Source: Flavobacteriales bacterium (GTDB lineage Bacteria; Bacteroidota; Bacteroidia; Flavobacteriales_D; Sanyastnellaceae). Taken from it: 64,000 nt of DNA. Below, one piece after another: positions 11,342 through 21,465 of this stretch. Position numbers and translations under genes: made by a program. The notes below the pieces were generated by a model. The model made no database searches. It was not told the origin of the DNA and saw only the letters and a list, made by a program, of their open reading frames with translations. Within the stretch, counting starts at the first letter, position 1. Each line of letters begins with the position of its first letter. The stretch lies in contig JADKIZ010000017.1 of the NCBI GenBank assembly GCA_016722445.1, positions 21,853-85,852 of the forward strand. The letters are read 5' to 3'.

Positions 11342-11878
11342 ATGGTATATCCTCCAAAACATAGAACAATTGTAGAAGAACTCATGAATGGAAAATTCAT
11401 TCTCAGCAATGAAGAAACATTCACCATTCTGAAAGAGAATGACAAATTCTATCAGGAATTTTTCAAGCTGTCGTTCGATTTGGAATTGTATCTCAAAGCA
11501 GACTACGCTTTTCTATTGAGCAAGGATACACAGGAGAATTTCTCCCGCGACGTGAGCATTTTCATTGCAGTGTTGAGTTATGAATTGGATAAAGATGGTC
11601 GCAATTTCATGGAAGCCCTTGAGTTCAATGAATTCACTTTCGAGGAAATCGATCGCTATTTCGATAACTCATCATTCATTGATTTGATCGAAAGCAATAA
11701 ATCTCTCCGCGAGCCAGATGCACGCCGCACACTCATCAATGGTATGCACAGAAGAAATATCGTCAATAAAAATTTCGACGATCGTTTTTCATTCACACAA
11801 GCACACCGGGTATTCGTTGATTTCGCCAAAGAACTCGCATTGAAGCGGATGGCGCACGACGGAGTACACGCGAATTGA
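11342..11878 (+). CDS. hypothetical protein with MukE/MksE/JetB-like (KITE, DUF4194-like) features
   Basis: 178-aa ORF. The segment 'FYQEFFKLSFDLELYLKADYAFLLSKDTQ' parallels the E. coli MukE N-terminal winged-helix region '...[27 protein letters not shown]' as I remember it. The size fits a KITE protein. Confidence 0.4.
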   Translation: MVYPPKHRTIVEELMNGKFILSNEETFTILKENDKFYQEFFKLSFDLELYLKADYAFLLSKDTQENFSRDVSIFIAVLSYELDKDGRNFMEALEFNEFTFEEIDRYFDNSSFIDLIESNKSLREPDARRTLINGMHRRNIVNKNFDDRFSFTQAHRVFVDFAKELALKRMAHDGVHAN

Positions 11879-11910
11879 ATTATGAATTATGAAGTATGAA
11901 TTATGAATTT
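11877..11910. repeat. short arm of 5 heptamer repeats (GAATTAT/GAAGTAT), inverted relative to the long array downstream; it overlaps the stop codon of the MukE-like gene
   Basis: gaattatgaattatgaagtatgaattatgaatt is the reverse complement of the unit in the 12056-12236 array. Confidence 0.8.
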
Positions 11911-12055
11911 TGGCGGAGGCTTGGTTGAGATCGAATGTGAATTTGTGAAACCTTAAAAATCTTGGGAACATCTAATATTTATAATTTAAAATTTAAAATT
12001 TAAGATTATACGCGAAATGAAGTCTATAAGCCATCTTAGTGCTTTGTTCTGCATA

Positions 12056-12236
12056 GTTCATAATTCATAATTCATAATTCATAATTCATAATTCATAATT
12101 CATAATTCATAATTCATAATTCATAATTCATACTTCATAATTCATAATTCATAATTCATAATTCATACTTCATAATTCATAATTCATAATTCATAATTCA
12201 TAATTCATACTTCATAATTCATAATTCAAAAAGCTG
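12056..12236. repeat. tandem array of about 26 copies of the heptamer TTCATAA (with the variant TTCATAC every 5-6 units), sitting between convergent genes
   Basis: Directly visible as cataattcataattc repeated. Every reading frame hits a stop within 21 nt, so it is non-coding. A 150-nt spacer containing (aatttaa)x3 separates it from the inverted short arm. Confidence 0.9.
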
Positions 12237-12255
12237 TTTTATAACGAAGTACAAA

Positions 12256-13010
12256 TCAAAGCGCACTAAGGCGTTCATTGACCTCCTGCTTTTTCCTTCT
12301 TGAAATCTCGAATTCTTGTCCACCCTTGAGGGTTAAGGTGAAGGGTTCCTTTTTGCTGTAGTGCGTGACACAGTTGACGTTGACAACACAACTTTTGTTG
12401 ATTCTCAAAAAGAGCTTAAAATCTTCCAGCACCTCTTCCAATTCTTTCAATATCCTTGATGTGATGATTTTTCGCCATTCTGTAAATGAATGATAGCGTA
12501 GTTCACGTCTGATTCCATGAAAGCGATTTCTCCGATTCGAATAAACCTCACCTTGCCTTTGTCGTGTATAGCCAACGATTTTTCCAACTCCACTTCTTTT
12601 GCATTGTTGAGTAAATGCACCACCTGCGATGTCTGGTTTTCCGATTTGATCATCGTTGATTTTGCCCGGTGCACCGCAGAGACAAGCTCTTCCACTTCAA
12701 CCGGTTTCAACAAATAATCCAACGCACTGAATTTGATCGCGCGAATGGCATACTGATCAAAACTGGTGACGAAGATGATTTTGAAATCAATGGTGCTAAA
12801 TTTATTCAGCATACCAAACGCATTACCTTGTGGCATCTGAATATCCAGAAAAACCAAATCAGGTTTAAGTTGATGAATCAATTCGTAACCATCGTGAGCA
12901 TTTCCGGCTTCGCCGACAATTTCCACTTCAGGACAAAACCTGGTGAGCAATTTTCGAAGAACATCCCTATTGGAAGGTTCGTCATCGATGAGCATGGTCC
13001 TGATCAACAT
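12256..13010 (-). CDS. LytTR-family response regulator (REC + LytTR), split by an apparent frameshift at about 12447-12450
   Basis: N-terminal REC motifs 'MLIDDEP...LVFLDIQMP...'. LytTR is split across two ORFs: '...VRFIRIGEIAFMESDVNYAIIHLQNGEKSSHQGY*' then '(L)KELEEVLEDFKLFLRINKSCVVNVNCV'. Confidence 0.75.
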
Positions 13011-13011
13011 A

Positions 13012-16000
13012 TTACAATTCTATGGTTATTCTCACATTGGTACCAGCAGCGCTTTCCTGATCGAACAAATCAGTAATGACCACATTAAAAGTTGTCTGAT
13101 TCATTTTTTTCAATGCATCAATTTTTTCGCTTACCAGCGACATCCCCATGGATATTTTGATATCACCCTCATGTAGTTCAGCAGATTTCTTGCGTCCTAC
13201 GCCATTGTCCGTGATATCGATGCACAAGGTATCGTCCATCATCACACAAGAGATTTTTAGGATTCCCCTTCTTTGATCCAACAGCGGCATCAAACCATGC
13301 CAAATCGCATTCTCCACATAAGGTTGCAAAATCATTGTGGGTATGCGGAGATCGAGGTTTTCCGAAACTGATTCATCCATTTCAAGCACAAATTCAAAAG
13401 AATTCCTGAAACGCAGTTGTTCCAATGAGATATAAAGTTTCAGCCAATCAATTTCCTTCTCCAGGCTAATTTCATTTTCCCGTGAATTATTCAACACCAT
13501 TCTGATCAGCTTCGCAAACTTCGAGAGATAATCATATGCCTGCTGTGTTTCATTGTTCAACACAAAATCCTGAATAGAGTTGATCGAGTTGAAAATAAAA
13601 TGCGGATTCATTTGCGCGCGAAGTGCAGTAATACGACTTTCTGCAATAAGCATTTCAATTTCACTCTTCTCTTTCAGTTTCCTGTTGTAGTGCGCTACAC
13701 GGGCACGGATGATGAGATAAATAAACAACAACAATAACAATGACATGAGAAGAATAAACCACCATTTCACCCAAAATGGTGCTTTAATATCAAAACTGAA
13801 ATACAGTTTAGACGAATGTACTTTTCCAGTTTGATCGACATCAGCAAGATACAAATCATAATGTCCATGCGGTAATCTTTTGAATTCAACCACATCATTG
13901 GAAGTCAATTGCATGGTGGAATCATATCCGACAAGCTGATAAGCATATCTTTCAGAGAACAATTCATGAAATGAAATCGCCGCGACTTGAAACACGATGT
14001 TGTTGTCAGTATAAGAAAGTGATTGACCCGTCTGGTAAGGATTACCATTCACCAAGATGTTTTCCAGAATAATTTTTCTATTCATTTGATTTCCGTCAAA
14101 CTTCATCAAATCGACCAATTCCAAGCCATCTCTGGTTACAACATAAAGCGTATTTCCTCTTTTGCAACAACCATTTGTTTCGTTACTATTCAGTCCATTT
14201 GAGCGGTTCAAAACACCAATGACCGATAAATCACCTTCGGTAAAGTAATTGATACCTTGTTTGGTTGAGATCCACACACGACGTTGATCATCAACATGGA
14301 CATCCGAACAGAAATCTGAACTCAGGCCATTTTCAGAGGAAAGTCTCGTGAATTCATTGTTTCGATAAATGAAAACACCAGCACTTTTTGTGGTGATGTA
14401 AATAGATCCCGATTCACTTTCAAGCATAGAAGTAATAACTTGTCCACCCAAAACCTCTGGAAATATTTCTTTGATTTCATTGTTTCGAAATGCATACAAA
14501 CCATTTCGGGTACCAACCCATACCTCGTCCCTGCGTTGAATATACAGTAGGCAAGTGCCACGAACCTGCATGTTCACGATTTCTATCCACTTCAAATTTT
14601 CTATCCGATATAATTTGTTATAGGATAAACCGACAAGTCCAAATTTTGGATCATACGCCATATCATTGGTAGATACAGGTACATTTTTCCAATTGTCGCC
14701 GATGTATGTTGTCAAACGCAGTGAAACAGGATCCAATTCACCACCCGTAGAACCACAGTAATAAATGCGGTTGTTGCAACTTCTGATCCTTAAGTCACCA
14801 ACGTTATTGATACTTGCCAACGGCAGACTTTTTCTGACGTTATTGAATTGATCCAAAACATACACATGATGATCATTGGTTGCGATGTAGACCATGGAAT
14901 CAATCACTGTAATATCCTGCACGGCCTCATCCAGACCAGGGTAATTTTGATAACTGACATTGTGGAGATAAGGAATATAATAAACTCCATTTTGAAGACT
15001 GCTCATCCAAATTCCGCCTTCAAAATCTTCTGTGATTGAACCGATCGTTTCACCTAAGAATAACATTTGAGGAATTGCGCTCAGTCTGCCATTTTGAAGC
15101 AAGGCAACACCATTTCCATTTGAAAGGCTCACCAGCAGATTACCTTCCCTATCTTCAAAAACCGTCAGGATGGTGGCCGCGAATTCCCTTACAAAACTGA
15201 ATTTTCCATTATTGAATTCATACAATGAATTGAGAAAAGAAAACAGGACTCGACCATCGCGGAGTTTTACCGAAGACATCCTCGAGTTGACGCCCTCAAC
15301 CAAAGAAAACTGATCCGATCATTGAATACACGATCACCTTCTATGACGCCAACGTCCATCATTCCTCGTTTATCCTGCGTCTGAATTTTAAACGGAGTAG
15401 CATCGGTAATGGAAGCAACTGATTTTCCATTGTTCAGTGAATAAATAGCTGCATAGATGTTGGTGTTAAAATTTCGAATGGAAAACTGTGTATATCCGGA
15501 TTCAGCAAAAACCACATAAGGATTGTAAGAAGTCCCTATGTGAATGTCGCCGTTGGTATCTATTTTGAACGAGACAATAGATGCGGCATCCTGTCTGATC
15601 TGAGCCGCCAGTGCATTGGATACCGGAAGTTTTTCCACCTGATCATTCGTGATTCTGCCAACCATACCATCTGAAGCCACGAAGAATACGTTGTTCTGCG
15701 CATCGATATCAATACAAATGATGCTGTTTGCAGTGACATTTTTCGCTGTGAAAAAATTGCGGAAATTCCGCCCATCAAACCGGCTGATACCTTGGTCACC
15801 AGCCATCCATACATATCCGTTTTGATCATTGATCACAAAATAACTGGCAGAACCGGGAAGACCGTCATTCACTCCAAGGTTTCTATACACCGGATGTTGC
15901 CCCCAACAGCATACACCGAAGAGGATTGTAATTAAAACGATCAACAGCCTGGTCCACATACTTTGCAATAATAAAACAGCATAGAGGCTCAGAAACGACC

Positions 16001-16034
16001 GATAACGAGCATTTCGGATCAAAAAAATCAGCAT
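13012..16034 (-). CDS. sensor histidine kinase, LytS-like (His_kinase + HATPase), with a large periplasmic two-component-regulator-propeller-like sensor; split into two ORFs at about 15267-15303
   Basis: N-terminal ORF (15267-16034): signal peptide MWTRLLIVLITILFGVCCWGQ plus propeller-like repeats. C-terminal ORF: a TM segment (FWVKWWFILLMSLLLLLFIYLII) followed by 'NPHFIFNSINSIQ' and the HATPase motifs 'ILQPYVENAIWHG', 'DNGVG'. The two ORFs overlap by 37 nt in different frames. Confidence 0.75.
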
Positions 16035-16086
16035 GCCTGTAGAAGTGAATGATATAATTTATACATTTGGTCAAATCACATCAGCA

Positions 16087-16912
16087 ATGAGAAAAAACCT
16101 TAACACCTTCCTTTGCACTTTGCTAATCGTCATTCCAGTATTCGTATCCGCTCAGAAATCAACCCAGGCCTCGAAAAAGCGGAACGAAGACAACTACATC
16201 TGTGATTAAGCCTGCTACCGTTAAACCTGCTGCGGTCAAACCAACTGTAAATACTTCAGTCAGAAATACAGAGATCAGGAAAACATCGCCTGTTACCACT
16301 GTACACAGTCATCCGGCATCTAGCGCGGTTTCCAAACCCATTGAGTCAAGGAAATCAAACCGGCGGACATCAAACCAATTACACCAATAGCCGAGCAGCC
16401 CCATGCCGAGCCAGCGATGCAAGGTCCTGTTTTTTCACCGGAGAAACCGACTTCCGGCACGATTTCGGGTCCACCATGTACCATCAATAAAGAGGCCCTG
16501 ATTTGGCAATCCTATATTCAATATCGTTATCAAAATTGTAGAAGAGCCCGTTCAGAAAATCGTCATTGTGGTTGTGGCGCCGACATCCAGTTGGTGAATC
16601 CAACCGACGAGTCTCTAGACATATACATCAAATATGTTTCTTCAGTGCATTGCCAACGTTGAGAATACTGCAATGCCAGAAAGGAAGTGGATTCAATATC
16701 CGACATTCGTGATAGCTCCCGGAGAAACCATAACGATTAGAGGAACTTGCAATGGCGGAATCCTCTATGAAGTGACTTCACATTATGATAAATCCATGGG
16801 CAAGAAGAACAGTTCTGTGGCGTATACGAATCCTGCTTTCATTGATCATGGTTTTATTCGCAACAATTGTATCAATAAGACCGTGGTATTCGAGAATGAG
16901 AACAATGAATGA
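16087..16912 (+). pseudogene. fragments of a secreted protein gene spread over alternating frames (frameshifts or decay)
   Basis: A signal peptide MRKNLNTFLCTLLIVIPVFVSAQ (frame 1) is followed by a Pro/Thr/Lys-rich linker KPATVKPAAVKPTV (frame 2), then frame 1 (16417-16662), then frame 2 (16634-16912) carrying globular-looking sequence. All pieces are on the same strand and contiguous. Confidence 0.35.
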
Positions 16913-17420
16913 TGTTTCTCATTCTAACTCTTGCCTTTCGACCACTGCGGGGTCGGATTCAGAATGAGAATGAAAATCAGAATGAGAATGAATATTTAGG
17001 CGAATGAGACTATGCATAGTTAAGTTTTTTCTGCGATCTCCGCTGCTCTGAGATCTCTGCGTTCAGAAACTTCGGGACGCCGAGAACGCCGAGGAGCGGA
17101 GTACGCGGAGTTTTTCTGCGATCTCAGCTCCTCTGTGCACTCCGCGTCCGGTTTTAGAATGAGAATGAACATACAGACAAATGTGACTATGCATAGTTAA
17201 GTATTTTCTGCGATCACTGCTGCTCTGATATCACTGCCTTCAGAAACTTCGGGACGTTGAGGACGCTGAGGAGCGGAGTACGCGGAGTTTTTCTGCGATC
17301 TCCGCTGCTCTGCAAACTCCGCGTCCTGTTTTCCAATAAGTTTGCAAGACAGTTCAGACCAGTCTTATATTCATTCGCATTCTGATTCAATTACTGATTC
17401 TCATTCTAACTCTTTCCATT
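16912..17420. repeat. composite palindromic repeat element of about 500 bp: a tandem duplication of a ~180-bp unit (4 copies of a ~24-nt core TTTTCTGCGATCTCCGCTGCTCTG), bounded by imperfect inverted GAATGAGAATGA-rich termini and flanked by copies of ttctcattctaactctt
   Basis: Core copies at about 17029, 17112, 17206 and 17290. The inter-core segments are themselves duplicated (for example cttcagaaacttcgggacg...gaggagcggagtacgcggag occurs twice). 'ttctcattctaactctt' is present at both 16912-16930 and 17399-17417. Confidence 0.8.
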
Positions 17421-17814
17421 TTTTATTCCGAAAAAATTTCTTGAATGTCAAAAAATATTTTCCCATTTTTTCTATGGGTCATTTTAATGTGAGTCATTTT
17501 AAAATTTGTTTTCATCGTCATTTTGTATCAAAAAAATAAGACGATGCCAGAGAATATCTTAAAACAGCCTGAAGAATACCGGCTTTTGTAAAACTTGCCC
17601 GCAAAACTATCTGGAATGACTTCCAAATTGTCATTTCAGAAACCGATATGGAATATCTCAGTGTACCGTTAAGGGAGCTAGCGGCGGGTTCGAGCGATCA
17701 AATACTATGGCCGGAGCTTCTGATGAGGTAGTACGATCACTTGATTTTGCTCAAGAACAGTTGTGGCGTTCAAATTTCTAACATTAGACCAACATTTTAG
17801 CAACTTCTAAGGAA

Positions 17815-18696
17815 GTGCAGATAACTTCGCGGCGATTCAAAACTGAATACATGCAATCGACCGAAGAACTCAAAAAAATTGCGTCACAGGTAAGACGCGA
17901 CATTGTGCGGATGGTACATGCCGTGAATAGCGGTCATCCTGGTGGATCATTGGGGTGCACTGATTATTTTGTGGCACTTTACTTCCGTGTAATGAATGTG
18001 AATTTGTCCTCCTGGAATATGGATGGAAAAGGTGAAGACCTGTTCTTTCTGAGCAATGGCCACATCTCTCCGGTGTGGTACAGTGTATTGTCGAGAAAAG
18101 GATATTTCCCCGTGAGTGAATTATCTACATTCCGCAAAATCAACACCAGATTACAAGGGCATCCAACCACACACGAAGGACTTCCGGGAATTCGCGTGGC
18201 GAGTGGGTCACTTGGGCAAGGTTTATCCGTTGCGATAGGAGCTGCATTGGCTAAAAAGCTGAACAACGATAAATCGACTGTTTTCACATTGCACGGAGAT
18301 GGTGAAATTCAAGAAGGACAGATTTGGGAAGCTGCGATGTATGCGGCACACAATAAAGTCGACAACCTCATTTCCGCCATTGATGTGAATGGACAACAAA
18401 TCGATGGTCCTACCAGCAAAGTATTGAGTCTTGGAAACCTTCGCGCAAAATGGGAAGCTTTTGGTTGGCTCGTTTTGGAGATGAATGGAAATGACATGGA
18501 CGAAGTCGTAAAAACTTTAGAACATGCAAAAACACTCACAGGCAAAGGTCAACCCATCATGATTTTGATGAAAACCGAGATGGGAAAAGGCGTAGATTTT
18601 ATGGAGGGTACCCACAAATGGCATGGCGTTGCGCCGAATGATGCCGAGCTTGAAAAGGCACTCTCACAATTGGAAATGACCTTAGGAGACTATTAA
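17815..18696 (+). CDS. tkt: transketolase, N-terminal (TPP-binding) subunit
   Basis: 'NSGHPGGSLGCTDYFVALYF' and 'HGDGEIQEGQIWEAAMYAAHNK' match the transketolase N-terminal domain. The likely true start is at MQSTEEL (about 17851). This is a split-gene arrangement with the next ORF. Confidence 0.85.
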   Translation: MQITSRRFKTEYMQSTEELKKIASQVRRDIVRMVHAVNSGHPGGSLGCTDYFVALYFRVMNVNLSSWNMDGKGEDLFFLSNGHISPVWYSVLSRKGYFPVSELSTFRKINTRLQGHPTTHEGLPGIRVASGSLGQGLSVAIGAALAKKLNNDKSTVFTLHGDGEIQEGQIWEAAMYAAHNKVDNLISAIDVNGQQIDGPTSKVLSLGNLRAKWEAFGWLVLEMNGNDMDEVVKTLEHAKTLTGKGQPIMILMKTEMGKGVDFMEGTHKWHGVAPNDAELEKALSQLEMTLGDY

Positions 18697-18711
18697 GACA
18701 AACAGAAGATT

Positions 18712-19674
18712 ATGCTCAATTTCGAAATCAAATCATCCAACGATACCCGTTCCGGTTTCGGTGACGGCCTTTCAGAACTCGGAAGAACCAATCCACGTGT
18801 GGTGGCTTTATGCGCAGACCTTGTAGGTTCTTTGAAAATGGATACATTCATCAAAGAAAACCCTGATCGCTTCTTTCAGATCGGAATAGCTGAAGCGAAT
18901 ATGATGGGCATCGCTGCCGGCCTCACCATTGGCGGATATATTCCCTTCACTGGAACATTTGCGAATTTTTCTACAGGAAGGGTTTATGATCAAATTCGTC
19001 AGAGTATCGCATACAGTGACAAGAATGTCAAGATATGTGCTTCACACGCCGGTCTCACGCTTGGAGAAGATGGTGCGACACACCAGATTTTAGAAGATGT
19101 TGGTATGATGGCCATGTTGCCCAATATGACCGTGATCAATCCATGCGATTACAATCAAACGAAAGCCGCAACCATTGCAATTGCAGCGCATCATGGACCT
19201 GTTTATCTCCGTTTTGGTAGGCCGAAGGTACCGGTTTTCACTGCACCAGACCACAAATTCGAAATCGGCAAAGCTTGGCATATACATCAAGGAAGTGATG
19301 TCACCATCATAGCCACTGGGCATCTTGTATGGAAATCCATAGAAGCTGCTCTGATTCTTGAATCTGAAGGTATCACGGTAGACCTCATCAACATACACAC
19401 CATCAAACCGCTCGATGTCAAAGCGATTGTAGATTCTGTCGCAAAAACTGGAGCAGTGGTCACCGCAGAAGAACATCAGATTACAGGAGGATTGGGAAGT
19501 ATGGTTGCACAAGTGATTGCAACGCATCAACCTGCACCTATCGAATTTGTTGGCGTTCAGGATTCATTCGGCGAAAGCGGAACACCTGATCAGTTGATGA
19601 AAAAATACGGTCTTGAGAAGGAGAACATCGTAGCTGCTGCCAAAAAAGTGGTTGCCCGGAAAGTCATGGCTTGA
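18712..19674 (+). CDS. tkt: transketolase, C-terminal (pyrimidine-binding + C-terminal domain) subunit
   Basis: '[14 protein letters not shown]' and 'RFGRP' motifs. It lies directly downstream of the N-terminal subunit on the same strand. Confidence 0.85.
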   Translation: MLNFEIKSSNDTRSGFGDGLSELGRTNPRVVALCADLVGSLKMDTFIKENPDRFFQIGIAEANMMGIAAGLTIGGYIPFTGTFANFSTGRVYDQIRQSIAYSDKNVKICASHAGLTLGEDGATHQILEDVGMMAMLPNMTVINPCDYNQTKAATIAIAAHHGPVYLRFGRPKVPVFTAPDHKFEIGKAWHIHQGSDVTIIATGHLVWKSIEAALILESEGITVDLINIHTIKPLDVKAIVDSVAKTGAVVTAEEHQITGGLGSMVAQVIATHQPAPIEFVGVQDSFGESGTPDQLMKKYGLEKENIVAAAKKVVARKVMA

Positions 19675-19771
19675 TTTTTTTCGTCTTGAAATAAAGTTCA
19701 ATAAGGTCATAGATCCGGATGATGTAGGCGTACTCTATTCCTAAGTAGATCACCATACTTTATGCAACACC

Positions 19772-19800
19772 AAAAGCCCCTGAAAATATCTCAGGGGCAA
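19772..19800. terminator. bidirectional hairpin terminator between tkt (+) and the SRPBCC gene (-)
   Basis: gcccctga-aaatatc-tcaggggc is a perfect 8-bp stem flanked by A/T runs. Confidence 0.55.
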
Positions 19801-19831
19801 AGAGCTTGTTTAATACGCTCGAGAAATATGA

Positions 19832-20242
19832 TTAATTGAGGACTTTATCTCCGAGATGCTCGGAAAGGGGAATCCAAAAATCTTTCTTCCAGGTTTCAGT
19901 GAGCCATCCTGCGCAGTCTTCAGGTACGCCAATGTGATTAAAACTTACACGACTACCTGATTCCGTTTTCTCCATGTCCATGATCACGATGCTGTACATT
20001 CCGTCAGGGAATTCATCATGACGCCAGCTTTGAACGATTCTTTGGTTCGGAATCAAACGCATGATGTAACCGTGAGATTTGTTATTCCATGCATGAAATA
20101 ATCCGCCTTCATGAGAATCCATTTGCGCAGACATTCCAGTGAGACGACTGAGCAAATTCGCATCAGTCAATGCTTTATAAATTTCTTCAACACTATTTTC
20201 AAGTTCAATGACTTGAAAAATATTTTCAGTCTTAATTTTCAT
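19832..20242 (-). CDS. SRPBCC-superfamily protein (AHSA1/Aha1-like domain)
   Basis: 136-aa ORF whose composition and length are typical of the Aha1/polyketide-cyclase-like fold. This is recognition by overall pattern only. Confidence 0.4.
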   Translation of the reverse strand: MKIKTENIFQVIELENSVEEIYKALTDANLLSRLTGMSAQMDSHEGGLFHAWNNKSHGYIMRLIPNQRIVQSWRHDEFPDGMYSIVIMDMEKTESGSRVSFNHIGVPEDCAGWLTETWKKDFWIPLSEHLGDKVLN

Positions 20243-20451
20243 TGCTTTTCGTGGTTAATACCAATTTAAAATAGCCGGTTTCGGGGTCAAAATTATGCCT
20301 TACCCATATACCCATGACATTTCTAAATTAAAATTTAGAACAAAACGTGGCTTCATACCCTCTTATTGACTCATAAACAATAAGTTATCAACAAAAAAAA
20401 GACCCGCCACAAGAAGTGACAGGTCGATTTATATCGTTGATTTTCTGAGGA

Positions 20452-21383
20452 TTACTTCGTTTTCCTATCCATCAGATTATTCATCCCCATCATCTGTTTC
20501 ATGGTTTTTTCCATTCCTTCCGGAGAACCGTCGAGGAAAATGATATTTCCCTTGCCGTATTCAGCGAAATTTTTCACGGCTTCTGTCCACATACTGAACA
20601 TGATTACACGGATGTATCCAGATTGGCTTGTTGCATTTCTTTGGCAGCGTTTTGCATACCCCGGGCCACTTCTTCACGGAATAAAGCCACACCCTGACCA
20701 CGCATTTGAGCAGCTTCCCTTTCGGCTTGAGCAGCAATTTTGATGGCATTACCTTCAGCTTCGGCGGCTTTGGTTTTGGTGATCAATAGAGCTTGACCTT
20801 CGTTCTCAGCAGCAGCTTTCAGGTTATTGGAAGCGACAACCTGCGCCATGGATTTGATGATGGCTTCATCAAACGTGATATCATTGATTTGAAGATCCTG
20901 AAGGTGATATCCCCACTCTTCCAAACGATTATCGATTTCAGCTTTCACGTGTTCTACGATTTCATTGCGCAGACCGAGCACTTCTGCTTGTTTTTTGGTT
21001 GCAACAAAAGCACGGATAGTACCTTCAATGGTTCTGACAAGCGCCTGCATCAAACTTGTTTCATCGATAAATTTGAAGGCCACACGTTTGATCATTTCTT
21101 CCTCTCCATTCATCACAGAATAGAGCAACATCGACTTGAAATAGACATTGGCCTGGTCAAAAGTGACAGCCTGAAATTCCATTTCAACTGACCTGTTTTG
21201 AGTACTGATCTTTTTGAAAATTCTTTCGATAAAAGGAATCCTCAGATTCAATCCCGGGCTCATTACCCTGCGATATTTTCCAAATACTGTGACAACGCCC
21301 ATCAAAGTATTCGCGCGCTCCCCGAATAAATTTGGGACAAAAGAGCAAAGCCTGTCCCAATAATTCGGGATGCGCGAATTCAC
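20452..21383 (-). CDS. SPFH/band-7 (stomatin/prohibitin-like) protein, with the C-terminal ~50 aa in another frame (frameshift near 20604)
   Basis: SPFH core 'PGLNLRIPFIERIFKKISTQNRSVEMEFQAVTFDQANV' plus an Ala/Glu-rich coiled coil. After the stop at 20604 the +1 frame continues 'MFSMWTEAVKNFAEYGKGNIIFLDGSPEG...' as a plausible tail. The likely true start is MGVVTVF (about 21302). Confidence 0.7.
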
Positions 21384-21465
21384 AGGGATTTTGAATCAGA
21401 ATAGAAAGGCACCGCATAATTTTATCTGAATAGTTAAGTGTATTTTTTTTTGAGTGTATCAGAAA

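Noticed and set aside
12056-12236. The heptamer array as a coding repeat or a CRISPR
   Set aside because: Each reading frame meets TAA or TGA within 21 nt, the period is 7 nt, and there are no unique spacers. It is non-coding simple sequence.
14322-15039. Small ORFs on both strands inside the sensor kinase gene
   Set aside because: They are embedded within a well-supported long ORF.
16990-17340. Possible CRISPR array (4 repeats of ~24 nt with ~60-nt spacers)
   Set aside because: The 'spacers' are themselves duplicated (spacer 1 is similar to spacer 3, and 2 to 4). The repeats are imperfect and no cas genes are nearby. It is a tandem duplication of a palindromic unit, not a CRISPR.
17342-17539. 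65-aa ORF (MQDSSDQSYIHSHSDS...)
   Set aside because: It lies within the GAATGA-rich repeat terminus. The Ser/His/Asp repetition is a translation of the simple repeat.
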